Shown here: piece after piece, positions 12,288 through 24,184 of the stretch | Layout of the letters: each line of letters opens with the position of its first letter | How positions within the stretch are numbered: position 1 is the first letter of the stretch | DNA from: Hormiphora californensis | Taxonomy: Eukaryota > Animalia > Ctenophora | Length of the DNA stretch: 64,000 nt | Direction: 5' to 3' | Assembly (NCBI GenBank): GCA_020137815.1 | Contig: CM035354.1 | Location: 8,680,001 to 8,744,000 of the forward strand | The notes under the pieces: generated by a model | What the model was told of the DNA's origin: nothing | The model's input: the letters and a program-made list of their open reading frames with translations, nothing else | Databases searched by the model: none | Made by a program: the position numbers and the translations under genes

Positions 12288-12838
12288 ATTTTTCCCTGCC
12301 CGGGTGGATGCCGAAGGCATCCACCCGGATGCCTTTTTACTTTGTAAAAAGGCATAGCAGGGTTAGAATTCGATAACGATAACATTTTGGTATACTAACT
12401 AATCGGTAGAGGGACCATTTTGGTCACACTTTCGTTGCGAGGGGTAACCCGGTACCACCCGGTGTACTCAGCGTAGCAACTGAGCTGCGCACACAACAAC
12501 AAGGTGCTCCTTTATCAAAACATACAATGACACAGTTTGATGGATGTGTATGCGCGCACCACTCAACAAAACATGAATAGCGCTGCCGCGTTACATACAC
12601 ATTGTCATGTTGCGAGTCGAGTGTGAGAGGTTAGATAAGTAGTTAAGTTGGAATGTCAAAAGCTGGTTAGCAAGTGTCATGTGAGTAAACTAAGCTATGT
12701 GAGAAGTATACTGACAGCTAGATCGTATGCATCTCACATTACATTATGACCAAGCCTTGATCCTGTTGACAGTGACACGTGAAACGGGAGGGCAGGGAAA
12801 CACAGCATTATGAATACATAATGCAATGATTCTTGTTT
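12288..12838 (+). mobile_element. HINE/DINE-like element
   Basis: Same termini as 11089-11737, different interior. Confidence 0.75.
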
Positions 12839-13479
12839 TTCTCTGGAATGAATGACAATGTTCATTCCGATAAAAAAAATTAATTTTGAGCTAGAGGTCT
12901 GAAATTTTGGTGATGTTATTTATTTGTCTCATAGAGTAACTGTACCAAATTGTAGCACTCCACGATATTTGGAACTATGGTAGACTTGGGGGGGGAGGGC
13001 ACGTCACGCCCCTCATGTTCGCGCGCCCGTAGGGCGATCCCCTCACGCGACCAGGGGGTGGGCATTTTATTGCCCCAGACGTCATCATTTCACTTGGGCA
13101 CGTCACGCCCTCTTTTTCCGCGCGTGATTTTTCGCGAAACCCTCACACACTACAGAGGGGCTGCTTCACAGCCAATCTTTTCACCAAACTTTTAATTGGA
13201 CACCAACAAGGAATGTAACAAACAATTATTTTAGACATTATTCCAAATTTCGTTTTAGTGCACCTCTCACTTTGAATTGTCGAATTCTAAACCCCCAGGT
13301 GCCTTTCTGCAAAAGGCATCTGGGTGAATGCCTGCGGCATTCACCCAGGCGGGGAAAAAATTCGACTTTGTGAAAAATTGGAATCTAATGGCTCTTTAGC
13401 TCTCCCAATTATTGCCCTCTGTCAACCATTCCTTTTTGTTAAAGAGAAACAACGATTTTGCAGTACTAATATTCAATTA

Positions 13480-14112
13480 AGAACAGGAGCTTTCGATTGA
13501 TCTATGTCAGACGTCTTCAGCTATAACAACAATGAAAATGAAAGTGTTTATGTAGTGGAGAAGAGGATATGGGATCCGGGGAGGGGAGAGGAAGGGATGA
13601 GATCCGAGAAGGAAGATGCGATCCGAGAGGAGGGGATAGGGGAGGTGATCCACGGGAAGGGAGAAGAGGTGATCCGAGCTTAAGAGAATTAGGAAACAGA
13701 TTTGGGAGATCTAGGTTTGATGGAGATGCCAGCAGGTCGGGGTTTGAAGGAGTTGGCAATCCTGGGGAGTAGGTGAGACGTGAGTCCATTGAAGGTTGAC
13801 AGTAGGAACTTTATCTGTTCGGTTGATCGCCGGTTGAAGAGTGTGAATAGCCGCTTGTTCCAGTAGGTTTAGACTGAGGCAGAAAGAAGAAGAGGAGAGG
13901 ATAGCAGGAGCAGATTTCATCTTCCCATCGGTGTTGTAGAGAGAGTTGTTGTAGAAGTTAGATTCGTGCTCCTTAATCCGGGTTTTCACTGGTCGCTTGG
14001 TTTGGCCAACGTAGAAAGACGAGTAGTCGCGGCAGGGAGTGGAGTAGATAGAGTTGGGAGTACTATCAGAAGGAGGCGGAGATTTGGTCTGGGTGAGGAT
14101 GTTGAGATGTTC
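13480..14112 (-). mobile_element. Penelope-like element 3' fragment (GIY-YIG endonuclease remnant + pLTR)
   Basis: Minus frame NSIYSTPCRDYSSFYVGQTKRPVKTRIKEH...LLEQAAIHTLQPAINR. Confidence 0.8.
13483..13524 (-). ncRNA. Candidate minimal type I hammerhead ribozyme (degenerate stem II)
   Basis: atag-CTGAAGA-cgtctgacatagatcaatc-GAAA-gc-TC-ctgt, downstream of the Penelope ORF remnant. Confidence 0.55.
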
Positions 14113-14384
14113 GGGGAAACTCTAACTGAACGGCATCCCATTAATGGGATCCCACAGTAAAACTCTAACTGATAATGGACCACAGTGATGGTTCTTTCTC
14201 TGTATTCTCTCTGTAGGCAGTACATCTATGTAATGCCTACAGAGAGAATACAGATAAACAACTATAGGGCATGCCCGGGCGTGGGCGCGCACACAGAGAG
14301 AATACAGAGAAAGAACCATCACTGTGGTCCATTATCAGTTAGAGTTTTACTGTTGATGGGATCCCATTAATGGGATGCCATTCA
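14113..14384. mobile_element. Harbinger-like MITE, right end truncated
   Basis: Same family as 30229-30518 and 41499-41768. Confidence 0.8.
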
Positions 14385-15330
14385 CTTTCTCAGGTTCATG
14401 TTCTCTCCTCTCTCGAAATCTTGCTACTAAAGCTCGCCGTTCAATTCTCTCCTCAAAAGTCCTGTCAGGGGCAATGTACACTGTCTGATATAAATCAGAG
14501 TCTTTCAACTGAGCAGATTTACCAAGAACAGTCCTAGCCACCTCTCTGGTAGTCAAGACCACTCGAACAGGTCGCACTTTCACACCACTCCTCCCAAGTC
14601 TCTCAGCTTTCGACATAACTGGGGCTTCACCAAGCTCCTGGAACACGCCCTTTACCTTGTCCCGATCGGTGTTATCAGTCGTTTCAGGTAGTCTGTAAAC
14701 TATCAGGTTGGTGGTGCGATCCTCTGAAGCATTGGCAATGGCTGTCCGGATCTTGCTGGGGGCAAGAGCAGACATACAGCTCTCTTTAACTGCGGTGGCT
14801 GCAGACTCTAAAACAGAAGAATAGCTCTGGATCTCCTCCTTCACTACTCTCTGCACAGCGTTGACACTCGTCTCTAGTAGGGAATCCTTCATGGAGATGA
14901 TGGAGTCCTTCAGGGTACTAACTTCGTCCTGTAGAGCGATTATTTTCCTGTCTCGCTCCAACAGTTCATCCTTAGTGGCGTCAAGACGGCCCCTGGTGGT
15001 CTTCAGATCTTCTAGAACCTGGAAGTCGACTGCCTCATTCCTCTCATTTTTCTTTTCTAGATGTTTCCTTGACAGTCTTGCTAGTGGTAGAGATCGGTAC
15101 AAGAGAAGACCAGCCATGTCAGCGATCATCTTCTTGTTGGTGTCTAGCTTGCCCAGGTAGGAGCTCGTCAACTTGTTCGGATCGAACTCACCTTCCTCTT
15201 TGTCGGGGTCAGGGTACCCTGCACAACGACTTAGTGTAGCAATAATGGAGGTCTCTAGTCTATTCAAGTCAATGGTGGTAACATTTTCAACTGGGCTTCC
15301 GTGGCGCCAACTGGAGAAGGTGCGATCCAT
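14385..15330 (-). mobile_element. Non-LTR retrotransposon ORF1 (coiled coil + RRM/CTD-like), 3'-truncated by the MITE
   Basis: Heptad region then NLIVYRLPE...RLG...RPVRV...VYIAPDRTFEERIERR, typical of CR1/L2-type ORF1. Confidence 0.8.
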
Positions 15331-15569
15331 CTCCGCGTGTTAAAGCTTCGAGTGTGATACAACAGTTGCGATCAGCAGCGAGCTGGAGCAACAAAACTGA
15401 TAAGCGATATGTGAGAAGTGATTGATAAGCGATATTTGAGAAGGACTACACGGTGGACGAAGGAAGAAGAAGGACGGGATTTTGATGGTTTGGGGTGTAG
15501 AAGGCGGTTCCGAACAGTAGACATCAGAGTGGAGATCTCGCAGGGAGGAAATCCATTGCAGAGACATAT

Positions 15570-15778
15570 CCCTCATCAGAATGTCGCTCGGCAATTTCCG
15601 CATTGGCTCGGTAATTGGTTCGGGAACAACAGGTGGTTTGCCGAGCCATGCAGCCTTGTGTGGTAAGTTTTCGGCGACCTCCTTGACTCTCCGAACCACT
15701 GGTTCGACAAACCACCTGGTGTTACCGAGCCAATCACCGAGCCAATGCGGAAATTGCCGAGCGACATTCTGATGGGGG
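15570..15778. mobile_element. Palindromic MITE
   Basis: About 80-bp inverted arms CCC(T/C)CATCAGAATGTCGCTCGG. Confidence 0.7.
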
Positions 15779-16210
15779 TATATATGTTGTAGACTGTGTC
15801 GAGTTCCTCTTCGAGATGTTGGGGAGAACATATGTTGTAGGCCCGACGGGTTAAGGAATAAGGATTGGATAACAGAGTGGTGTGTAGAGGCAGGAGTAGA
15901 TATTCCTTTCTGATATAGCATAAACTGTTTGACACCCTTATTACTACCCATTACTGAGGATTTTATTGAATATCAGTCCAGCTAGCGAGAGCATATTAAC
16001 CACTTTTTCTATCATCATCCCTCAAATACCCGCTGTAGATCTTCCAAACTGCCCCCGAACCCCCCCCCCCCCCTTCTAGCCTTAACCCCTTGGCAGCGAA
16101 GCTGCCAACTACGTCGGAGATGTGTACGGGGGTGGCGCGACTTCGTCGCACGTATATACGTACAGGGGATCGCGCGACGTACCCAAAGCAAACCCCCGAC
16201 ACCCTACCAG

Positions 16211-16372
16211 ATTTAACGGATCTATATGGATATGATGAAGATACCCAGAACATGAAGTACGTGTATACAATAACGGATGTAAAAAGCAGTTTCCAAGGAA
16301 GCTATTCGTGCAAGATAACCTACGAAGATGGATCCAGTATAACATCAAACCCTGCACTACTTTCCATCTATA
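16211..16372 (+). CDS. Exon 11: second half of Ig 5
   Basis: YTITDVKSSFQGSYSC; A|GTGAGT. Confidence 0.88.
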
Positions 16373-16509
16373 GTGAGTGTTTTTTATCGAATATATAGTG
16401 AGCGTAATGCAGCTAGTCGGTGAACAACCGATCATTAATCGGCCGTCGGGTCTTTCGAGAATTACTCTGAGTACAACACCCAATTAATCATCAACTAATA
16501 CACTTCCAG

Positions 16510-16794
16510 ATATTGAAGTGTCTGACGCTTTTGGAATCATTGGTGGTTCCGTTACTCTCACCTGTACGATCATCTCTGACCAAGAGCCAGCCAGTGTATC
16601 ATGGACGAAAGAGAACAATGTGATACCTGGCCTAACACCGGTCAATGATTATAGTGGCAGCTCTCGCACAACCACCAACAAAATCACCTTTAATAGCTTG
16701 ACTAAGAGCGATTTTGGAACTTACGGTTGCATAGCATACTTTGATGACTTCAGTAGCGTCCTTACTGCTGAGGGAGCAAAATTGACAGAACTAA
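16510..16794 (+). CDS. Exon 12: Ig 6
   Basis: VTLTC...WTKEN...DFGTYGC; phase 1-1. Confidence 0.92.
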
Positions 16795-16878
16795 GTAAAT
16801 ACAGCTTCCAATACAAACATCATCTTTATAAAACATATTATGAACAGACATGTCTGTGGGTCGGGGAATAGTTCTATA

Positions 16879-17035
16879 TGGATTGGGATGTGGCGGATGG
16901 GATTGAAATTAGGTTTAGTAGGTCTCATCCTTGATATTGAGAGTGTATGTTGTAAACAGCAAAGACAAGATGAATTCTTGTCTTTGCTGTTTACAACATA
17001 CACTCTCAATATCAAGGATGAGACCTACTAAACCT
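16879..17035. mobile_element. Tail + perfect hairpin insertion with 12-bp target duplication
   Basis: AATAGTTCTATA at 16867-16878 and 17036-17047; palindrome 16908-17038. Confidence 0.7.
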
Positions 17036-17068
17036 AATAGTTCTATAACCAACAACCTTCTCTTCCAG

Positions 17069-17456
17069 AATTCAATACCGTGATAGAGGAAGTGATATAC
17101 ACGAAGGGAGAGAGTATCACTCTCAGTTGTACAGTAAACCAACCATCCTCTCTCTCGGTGGAGGCTACTATTTCCATGTACAAAGACAGCTCTCTGGTAA
17201 CTGGGGCAACACTCTCGACGGTCGGAGAGTCCCGTTCCCTCTCCCTAGTTTTCAACTCAATCGACCCAACTGATGCTGGAAACTACAAATGTCAGGCAGC
17301 TTATGCCAGTGTAGATGGCACTCTGGAGTCTGATGAAGTGGAGGTGTTTGTGAGAGGTCTCACGACCCAGCTAGATAGTACCCTGTATATGGTTGCTGGG
17401 GAGTCGCAGACTGTTACCTGTGTGGGACAGACGGAAACTAGCCCTGTCGTTTCATG
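17069..17456 (+). CDS. Exon 13: Ig 7 and first half of Ig 8
   Basis: ITLSC...DAGNYKC...VTC...VSW; TG|GTAAAA. Confidence 0.92.
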
Positions 17457-17570
17457 GTAAAACTTAGCTTGTACAAGATCTTTCCCAAAAAATGTAATAA
17501 TAAAAAGCACATACACAATAATTTTTGTAATTGTATACATAAATATTTCCTAATAGTATTACATCCATAG

Positions 17571-17746
17571 GTTTTATCGTGACTCAGTGGTTACCAGTAG
17601 TACTCTAGTGAATACTATCTACTCGGACAACCTAGTAACGAGCACGCTATACATAGACCGACCCAGTTCTGACGGCGCCTCTTTAGAGTGTAGGGTTGCT
17701 GTATCTGGTGTTGTGCTAAGCTCATCGGGGTCCATTTCCCTGTTAG
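17571..17746 (+). CDS. Exon 14: second half of Ig 8
   Basis: WFYRDS...DGASLECRV; G|GTGAGA. Confidence 0.88.
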
Positions 17747-17843
17747 GTGAGATCGTGCTACCTTTTTGTGTATTTTATAGTTTGCCCATGCCGGGCAGTT
17801 TGCCAGATTTTGAAAACAATAAAACTAATAACTCTTCTTTTAG

Positions 17844-17949
17844 ATGTTACCAGTTACGACTCGACAGATCAGATAGTTTTGGAAGGATCGTCTTTTTCTT
17901 TAACTTGTGTTTACGACTCTAGCACATCAGTATCTCCTGATATCGTCTG
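17844..17949 (+). CDS. Exon 15: first half of Ig 9
   Basis: EGSSFSLTC...DIVW; TG|GTGAGT. Confidence 0.88.
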
Positions 17950-18099
17950 GTGAGTTACATTGCAAAATTTTATCTTCGTATCAGGGTATTGTCAGGACTG
18001 CCGACTGGTTGGCGCTACAGCCTGTAGTACAGGGCAATTTAGGCATGTGTAGTGTGTACCAATCTGAGGTCTACACTTGTCTAAGCAATATTATTCCAG

Positions 18100-18593
18100 G
18101 TATTTGGATGGAGAAGCACTGTCATCCGACTCGGATGTGGAGACAGATCAGACAACAAGCATCATATCTGTATATACTGTGTCCAGTGCAGAAGTGGGAA
18201 GTGAGGGTAGTTACGCCTGCCAGGCCAACTACAAAGACGGGAGTACCGCTGTGGGGAGTCTAATCACGAGTGGAGTCGACATAACCGTGAATGGGTTTCT
18301 CTCCACCCCAGCATCCAACTATTCTTATGTCACGGGGGCGGAAGATGTGGCTTTCAGCTGTGTAATAAGGAGCGACAGTAGTCCAGACACCTTGGTATGG
18401 ACAAAGGACGGAACTCAGATGAATAGTGACAATATTACAACAGTATCTAATTCTAATACCGGTGTGACTACCTCTACCCTCACTCTGGATACTGTAGAAA
18501 CTTCAAACGATGGACAAGACGTGGTATGCTTTGCGTCTTGGGATGATATAAGTGGTAGCATTAGTAGCTCGGCATCCACTCTCAACGTCAATT
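18100..18593 (+). CDS. Exon 16: second half of Ig 9 and Ig 10
   Basis: EGSYAC...FSC...WTKDG...VVC; T|GTAAGT. Confidence 0.92.
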
Positions 18594-18694
18594 GTAAGTG
18601 CTTTATTACCATGATTACATTTTTTTCTATTTACGAACCATCGCTAGTTTTATCGCTCCTCGTATATTTGTCTTTTATCACCCACTGTTGATAG

Positions 18695-18809
18695 CTGAAA
18701 AGGGGTGGCTGTCAGTGAGTGGTAGCCAGTCTGCTGATGAGGGAGATGCCCTGACACTTTCCTGCAAAGTTTACTACCAGTCTGGCGATGAACCATCTGA
18801 TTTGAAATG
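18695..18809 (+). CDS. Exon 17: first half of Ig 11
   Basis: EGDALTLSC...LKW; split Trp codon. Confidence 0.85.
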
Positions 18810-18973
18810 GTACCTTCAGTTTCCATATCGTGATATATACTAAGAGAGCCTGTTAGATTATATCCTAGCAGTATTAACTGTACCTAGGAAGATGAGGAGA
18901 GTGTAAACACCTTTTATTATTTGTTTGTCATAAAAAGTAATAAAAGGTGTTTGCACTCTCCTCATCTTCCTAG

Positions 18974-19268
18974 GTACAAAGGTACCACAGAACTCGGCTC
19001 ATCCACCTCCTCCTCGGACCCAGCAAGTCGTACTAAGCTATACGAGTACGTCATATCCTCAGTGAGTGGGTCTACTTCCGGTACCTACTACTGCAAATAC
19101 ACAGATGACGGAAGTGTTAGTACCAGTCGGGGTATCAGTGTTAGTGTAACAGGGGTGCTCACTCAGCCCTCTGATACTCTAATTGTGGCTGGTGGGGCCG
19201 CCACCCTGACTTGTATCTACGCTGGAGATGGACCTGATAATATCCGCTGGTATAAGAACGGAAACCAG
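18974..19268 (+). CDS. Exon 18: second half of Ig 11 and first half of Ig 12 (alternative donor after 19279)
   Basis: SGTYYC...ATLTC...WYKNGNQ. Confidence 0.85.
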
Positions 19269-19329
19269 GTAACAGGAGGGTGAGAAACTTAGAGCTATCC
19301 TGGGCCATGCCATCCCTTCCTCCCAGTTT

Positions 19330-19922
19330 AAAGTGAGAGAGGACCGAATCAGAATTGGACAAGTTTGTTGTAGGTAGTAGAGATTAGCTCTCTGAGCATT
19401 TTGCGTTTTACCGCTCGAAATCGACCCACCCATCACTGAGATGTTGTGTGTGATGTTGGGATAATTCCTGCTGCATCAATATTTATCAAACAGGATAGAA
19501 ACAATCCTTGTGTTTTACTAACTCATTCTTTGAATTTTATTATGCTAACTAGTATTGTTCTGGCCCCAGTACTTTTCATGATTAGACAAAAACTATGACT
19601 TTTTGGCCTAAAAACCGAAAAATTGTCAATAGAAAAGTCAGTGTATGTCATATCACGTGGCCAAAAAAATTTGGCCCCACCACTTTCAAAACTTCCCCTA
19701 CATGCCTGGCTACCTCACTGCTACTAGTGATAGTAAAACACAAGGATTGTTTCTATCCTGTTTAATACATATTGATCCATCAGGAGTACTCCCAACATAA
19801 CAAACATATCTCAGTGATGGCCATGGGTGGGTCGATTATGAACGGCAAAAACGCAAAAAATAATCTCTACTACCTACAACAAACTTGACAATTCTGATTC
19901 GGTCCAGTGTCCACTCTCACTT
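19330..19922. mobile_element. Imperfect palindromic MITE
   Basis: 19330-19520 is the inverse of 19730-19922. Confidence 0.65.
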
Positions 19923-20032
19923 ACTGATTCATTATGTAGTTAGCATTCTTTCCATAGAAATATCCTCATTCCTCTCGCTGAGGTATGCCATCCCTCCCTC
20001 CCAGATAGTAGTTAAATACTTTTCTCCTATAG

Positions 20033-20207
20033 GTGTCTGCCTTGATTATGAACATCCAGATGGAAACTAGAGTCATTGATGCCACCACATTTTCTTCCAC
20101 CATGCATGTATTCGGTGCTGCAAATAGTGACGGGGGATCGTACAAGTGTGTTGCTAACTATGGGAGTGGCAATGTCACTAGTAACGAAGCGACTCTCCTT
20201 GTAGGAG
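20033..20207 (+). CDS. Exon 19: second half of Ig 12 (acceptor at 20033 or 20060)
   Basis: STMHV...DGGSYKCVANY; G|GTAAAA. Confidence 0.8.
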
Positions 20208-20294
20208 GTAAAAGTACAATAATCCCGAATCGTCGCGTTGTATCGGTCTATTTTTTATTAACAACTATTCAATTCAACATTATTTCTCTTCCAG

Positions 20295-20446
20295 AGGTTT
20301 CCCTGTCCCAACAGTACGCCATGGAGGGCAGTTCGGCTACTCTAGTTTGTGTAGGCGTCTCCCTAGCTGGCACGTCACCTACTCTAACAATCACTAATGG
20401 AACCTCCTCCGATTTGATCGTCGATGATTCCCCGACACTTCTTTCG
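20295..20446 (+). CDS. Exon 20: first half of Ig 13
   Basis: EGSSATLVC; TCG|GTAAGT. Confidence 0.85.
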
Positions 20447-22329
20447 GTAAGTTTAAATTTACATATAAAGGCGGGAGACACACTGAAGTTGCTCACGCTC
20501 GTTCAAATCTCAACCTCGCGACACACACTGAAGTTTGAAGTTCGAAGTTTTGCGAAACCCCATTTTCACAAAAAGTTATCTGGATACTCCTTGATGGCTT
20601 ACTAAAACTTTAGTCAAAACCGCATGTCTCTAGCATGTTTTTGAAAATCGAGCTAACACATGCGAGACGCACCATTATTAGCCTATAATGGGCGTAAATT
20701 CATATTGTACATGCAGTTGCGCCCATTATGGGTCCAGTTAGTCATCAAGGAGTATCCAGATAACTTTTTGTGAAAATCCCTGCTGTTCTCTCTCACTTTA
20801 TTTACTTACTAGCGCACCCACCGTAGGTGTCTTGTTGTGAAAAAATAAATGAGAAATTAAAAAAAGAGCCCCCCTAGAACGTTAGACGAGACCTTCTTCT
20901 TGATCCTGATGGTTCGGAAATCACTCGTACTGCTTCCTGGAATCAGCGCGCTCGCTGCGGAAAATCTCGATGATATGCGATGATTTGCGAGAGGTTACGA
21001 GTGTTTACGCGCACCTGCGACAGATTTCAAACATCGCGCGGCGCAATATTTGCGCGTTTACTGCGCGCGCACAAAAAACAAGTATTTTCTGAAATCCAAG
21101 CTCGAATTTCGGAAATTTTTTTGATCAAAATTTTTTATGATGGGATTTTGTGAAATTTCCTACGGTCAATTCATAGCCCCACTAGACAGAGACTTAAAAT
21201 TTGTTATGTAGAAATAACTTGAAATAATCTTCCTACAATACAAATTTCAAGTCACTGTCTCATCAGGGAGTGGAGCCATGACCGTGGGAAATTCCACAAA
21301 AACCAAGTGACGGTCGAGTCTTTTTAGTATCGTATCAGTCGTTATCAGTTTCGTATCACATCTCATCGCTCTGACTGTGACCGTTACTTGCTGCAGTTTT
21401 CTAGAACAATCTCTACATCAATGTCCAATCCAGACCCCCTTTCCTTGATGATGAGGATCCTTGTTGAGAGGAGTAGTCCCGGCATGCCATGGCCTACAAG
21501 GTTGAGGATTTTGCTCGATCTGTGTATGGAGACAAGCGTAAAGATGTTGATCATATTGGTATTCTAAAGCTTGTCTCTAATGGTAAGGAGGTCCCTGGTT
21601 TCTCCGCCAGTGATTTTGACACGCGTCAGTTTACCAAACCGGTTTTGAGTACCTCGTTGGAGTCTGCCTGCAGTTTGCTATTCAAGCAGTGCCTTCCTTA
21701 CTTCACGCAAACTAGGTAGTTACACGACCAGGTTGCTCAGTTAGAGAAGGAAGCAGAAGAAGAAAAGACGAGTCAAGTTCCCGCCAACTCCACCAGTGCC
21801 TTACAGGTGAATGCTGCACAGAGGAAGATCATTTTGTACACGGCTAAACTGCAGTTCAGATATTTTCACCGCCACGCCTGAATTGACTTGTGTTAACGAT
21901 TATAATTGCCGCCACTCACCAGCCACCGTGCAGAGCAAGTGCCGGATTATAGGGCTTACTACTCTTTACTAATTAACCTGCTGTCGTACAAAAAACAGAT
22001 AAGGCACCAGTTAGAGATTCCCAGGCATCAGTTCCCAAGCACGGCAGTTGCCAAGGTCGGCAAGCAAGTGAGTGCTGACGTGCGTGTTAGATCTACTTTG
22101 CATTCAATTTACGTGACGCGCAGCTATGTCACATGGTTCCCACAGAACCATCTGCACATGATAGCCGGGCATGCAGGAACGCGCCGTGCCCTGATATCAG
22201 GGAGCGTCCCCCTGATATCAGGGGGACGCTGGTGTAACTGGTGTGTAACTTGGCCAGATTTCTTGCCCTACAAGGACGTCAGGCCTAGCCAGATAACTTG
22301 CCAGTTCCAGTCTTTGAATTCTGATCTTT

Positions 22330-22470
22330 CCCGTACACTTGATGTAGAGCGCAGCCCTGCCTTCAACATCCTCGAATAACACCTATCAATCCTCTTTTCC
22401 AGGCGTTTGGTTACAGATCCGTAAAGGAGAGACAGAACAAAAGCTGCTATAATCGGTAAGCGGTAAAAGT
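22330..22470 (-). pseudogene. RTE-type LINE reverse transcriptase C-terminal remnant
   Basis: VLSLLYGS-VTKRLEKRIDRCYSRML. Confidence 0.55.
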
Positions 22471-22624
22471 AAACCCGAGAAATTCCCTTTTTGGAATTGT
22501 TTCCCCTACACACGATCTAACATTTAAAATCAGCAGCTCTTAACAGCTCAAAACATTCTCAGTTTACGGGTGAACATACCGCTTTAACCGTCCATTATCA
22601 CTTTTATAGAGCACACGCCACGTA

Positions 22625-22845
22625 ATCTTCCCGCAAGTCCCCGCATATTCCCGCATATTCCCGCATCTTCCCGCAAGTCCCCGCATATTCCCGCATCTTC
22701 CCGCAAGTCCCCGCATATTTCCGCATATTCCCCGCATCTTCCCGCAAGTCCCCGCATATTTCCGCATATTCCCCGCATCTTCCCGCATCTTCCCGTATCT
22801 TCCCGCAACTACCCGCATCTTACCGTAAGTCCCCGCATCTCTTCG
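22625..22845. repeat. About 10-bp minisatellite (CCCGCATATT variants)
   Basis: Seen directly. Confidence 0.9.
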
Positions 22846-23552
22846 TAAACCTTCGTATTTTAACGCAATTCCCTAAAACTCCCCGCATTTTCACGCAACC
22901 ATTTTCCGTACTTTACACATACTATTCAACTTACATTCTCTTTTCTCAGAGTAACTTCTCATCATCACAAGTTGTGGAAGGATTGATTGACTGTTCGGAT
23001 TGGATTATTGAAATCTACTTATTCTAAGAAACGCCCCCCCCCCTTATCTCAGTAAGTAAAATCACACACGAATAAATACCCTAACTTTGTGGAGATTTGT
23101 GTGTCACACAAATCTCCACAAAGTTAGGGTATTTCTTCGTAAATCGATTCAAGTGTTTTACATTTATTAATTATCCTCATGTATTAATTGCGATTTCCAA
23201 AACCTAAAAAAGTACATACTAGGTTACTCTAGTTGAGACTTGACTACCACATCAGCATTTCACTCGAACTAATCAACTTACATTTTCTTTTCTCATTGTA
23301 ACTTCTCATTCTCACAGGTTGATTGGCTGACTTGGTTGCAATTAGGAAATCAGAAAAGTGTTTCTAAATAATTTCTTCTTCAAAGTTACTGTACATCAAC
23401 ACGGGAAGATATGATAGTGATACAGGGTGAGCCAGAAACATGGAGCCACTCGCAGATAAGATTTGAAAAAAAAACCTCAGGGGACAATTATTCTAGTCAA
23501 GAGACTGTGAAAATAATTTTTAATGACAGTGTACAATTATATACATCATAGA

Positions 23553-23632
<80 letters not shown>

Positions 23633-24184
23633 TCTCTCTCGCTCTGATCTGATCTATTTGTGACGTTTTGAAGTTCGTTATTTGTAATACCAATGTACTG
23701 TTTTATTTTCGAGGACTGAGATATCTCGTAGTGAATTTGTAACTTGATAATGATGCACCATCCAGGTATTCATGGAGATGGCGGTGGTTCATTTGGCCAG
23801 TTTTGTAGCCGATGGGTGTTAGTTTCAATAATTGTTCATGTGCAGTAGATGACACGATCGCGGCAGTCACCAAGTGGAATGAGAGCAACATGTGTCAACT
23901 CGTTGCAAAACTCGCGCGCGCGAAATCCAAGGATGGTTTCTTTATGAAAAGTGTGCGCGCCCAAATTGTAAGCACTTTCTACGCAAAGGTTCAAAATCTG
24001 TCGAGAATGATTGCAAATTCCCGCTTTTCATCTTATCCTTTCGCAAACTTCCGCAGGCTCCGCGCTAATTCCATGACACACTTCTCTCTTACTTCCGGGC
24101 ATTTTGTCACTCTAGAACATGTTATCTAAACATCCTAGGGGGCTCTTTTTCGAAATTTTATCGTCTTCTAAAAAGCGAACCCTA

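Larger units (their letters stand above)
10975..12995. mobile_element. Long palindromic MITE interrupted by two HINE insertions
   Basis: 10975-11088 is the inverse of 12880-12995; inner arms 11740-11990 and 12075-12290. Confidence 0.75.
20824..24184. mobile_element. hAT-like non-autonomous element with 8-bp TSD, inserted in a Helitron 3' hairpin
   Basis: ACCCACCG at 20816-20823 and 24185-24192; TAGG...CCTA termini; subterminal AAAAAGAGCCCCCTAG inverted. Confidence 0.75.

Noticed and set aside
14347-15330. Nested antisense host gene (327 aa)
   Set aside because: Motifs fit LINE ORF1, and its last residues come from read-through into a MITE.
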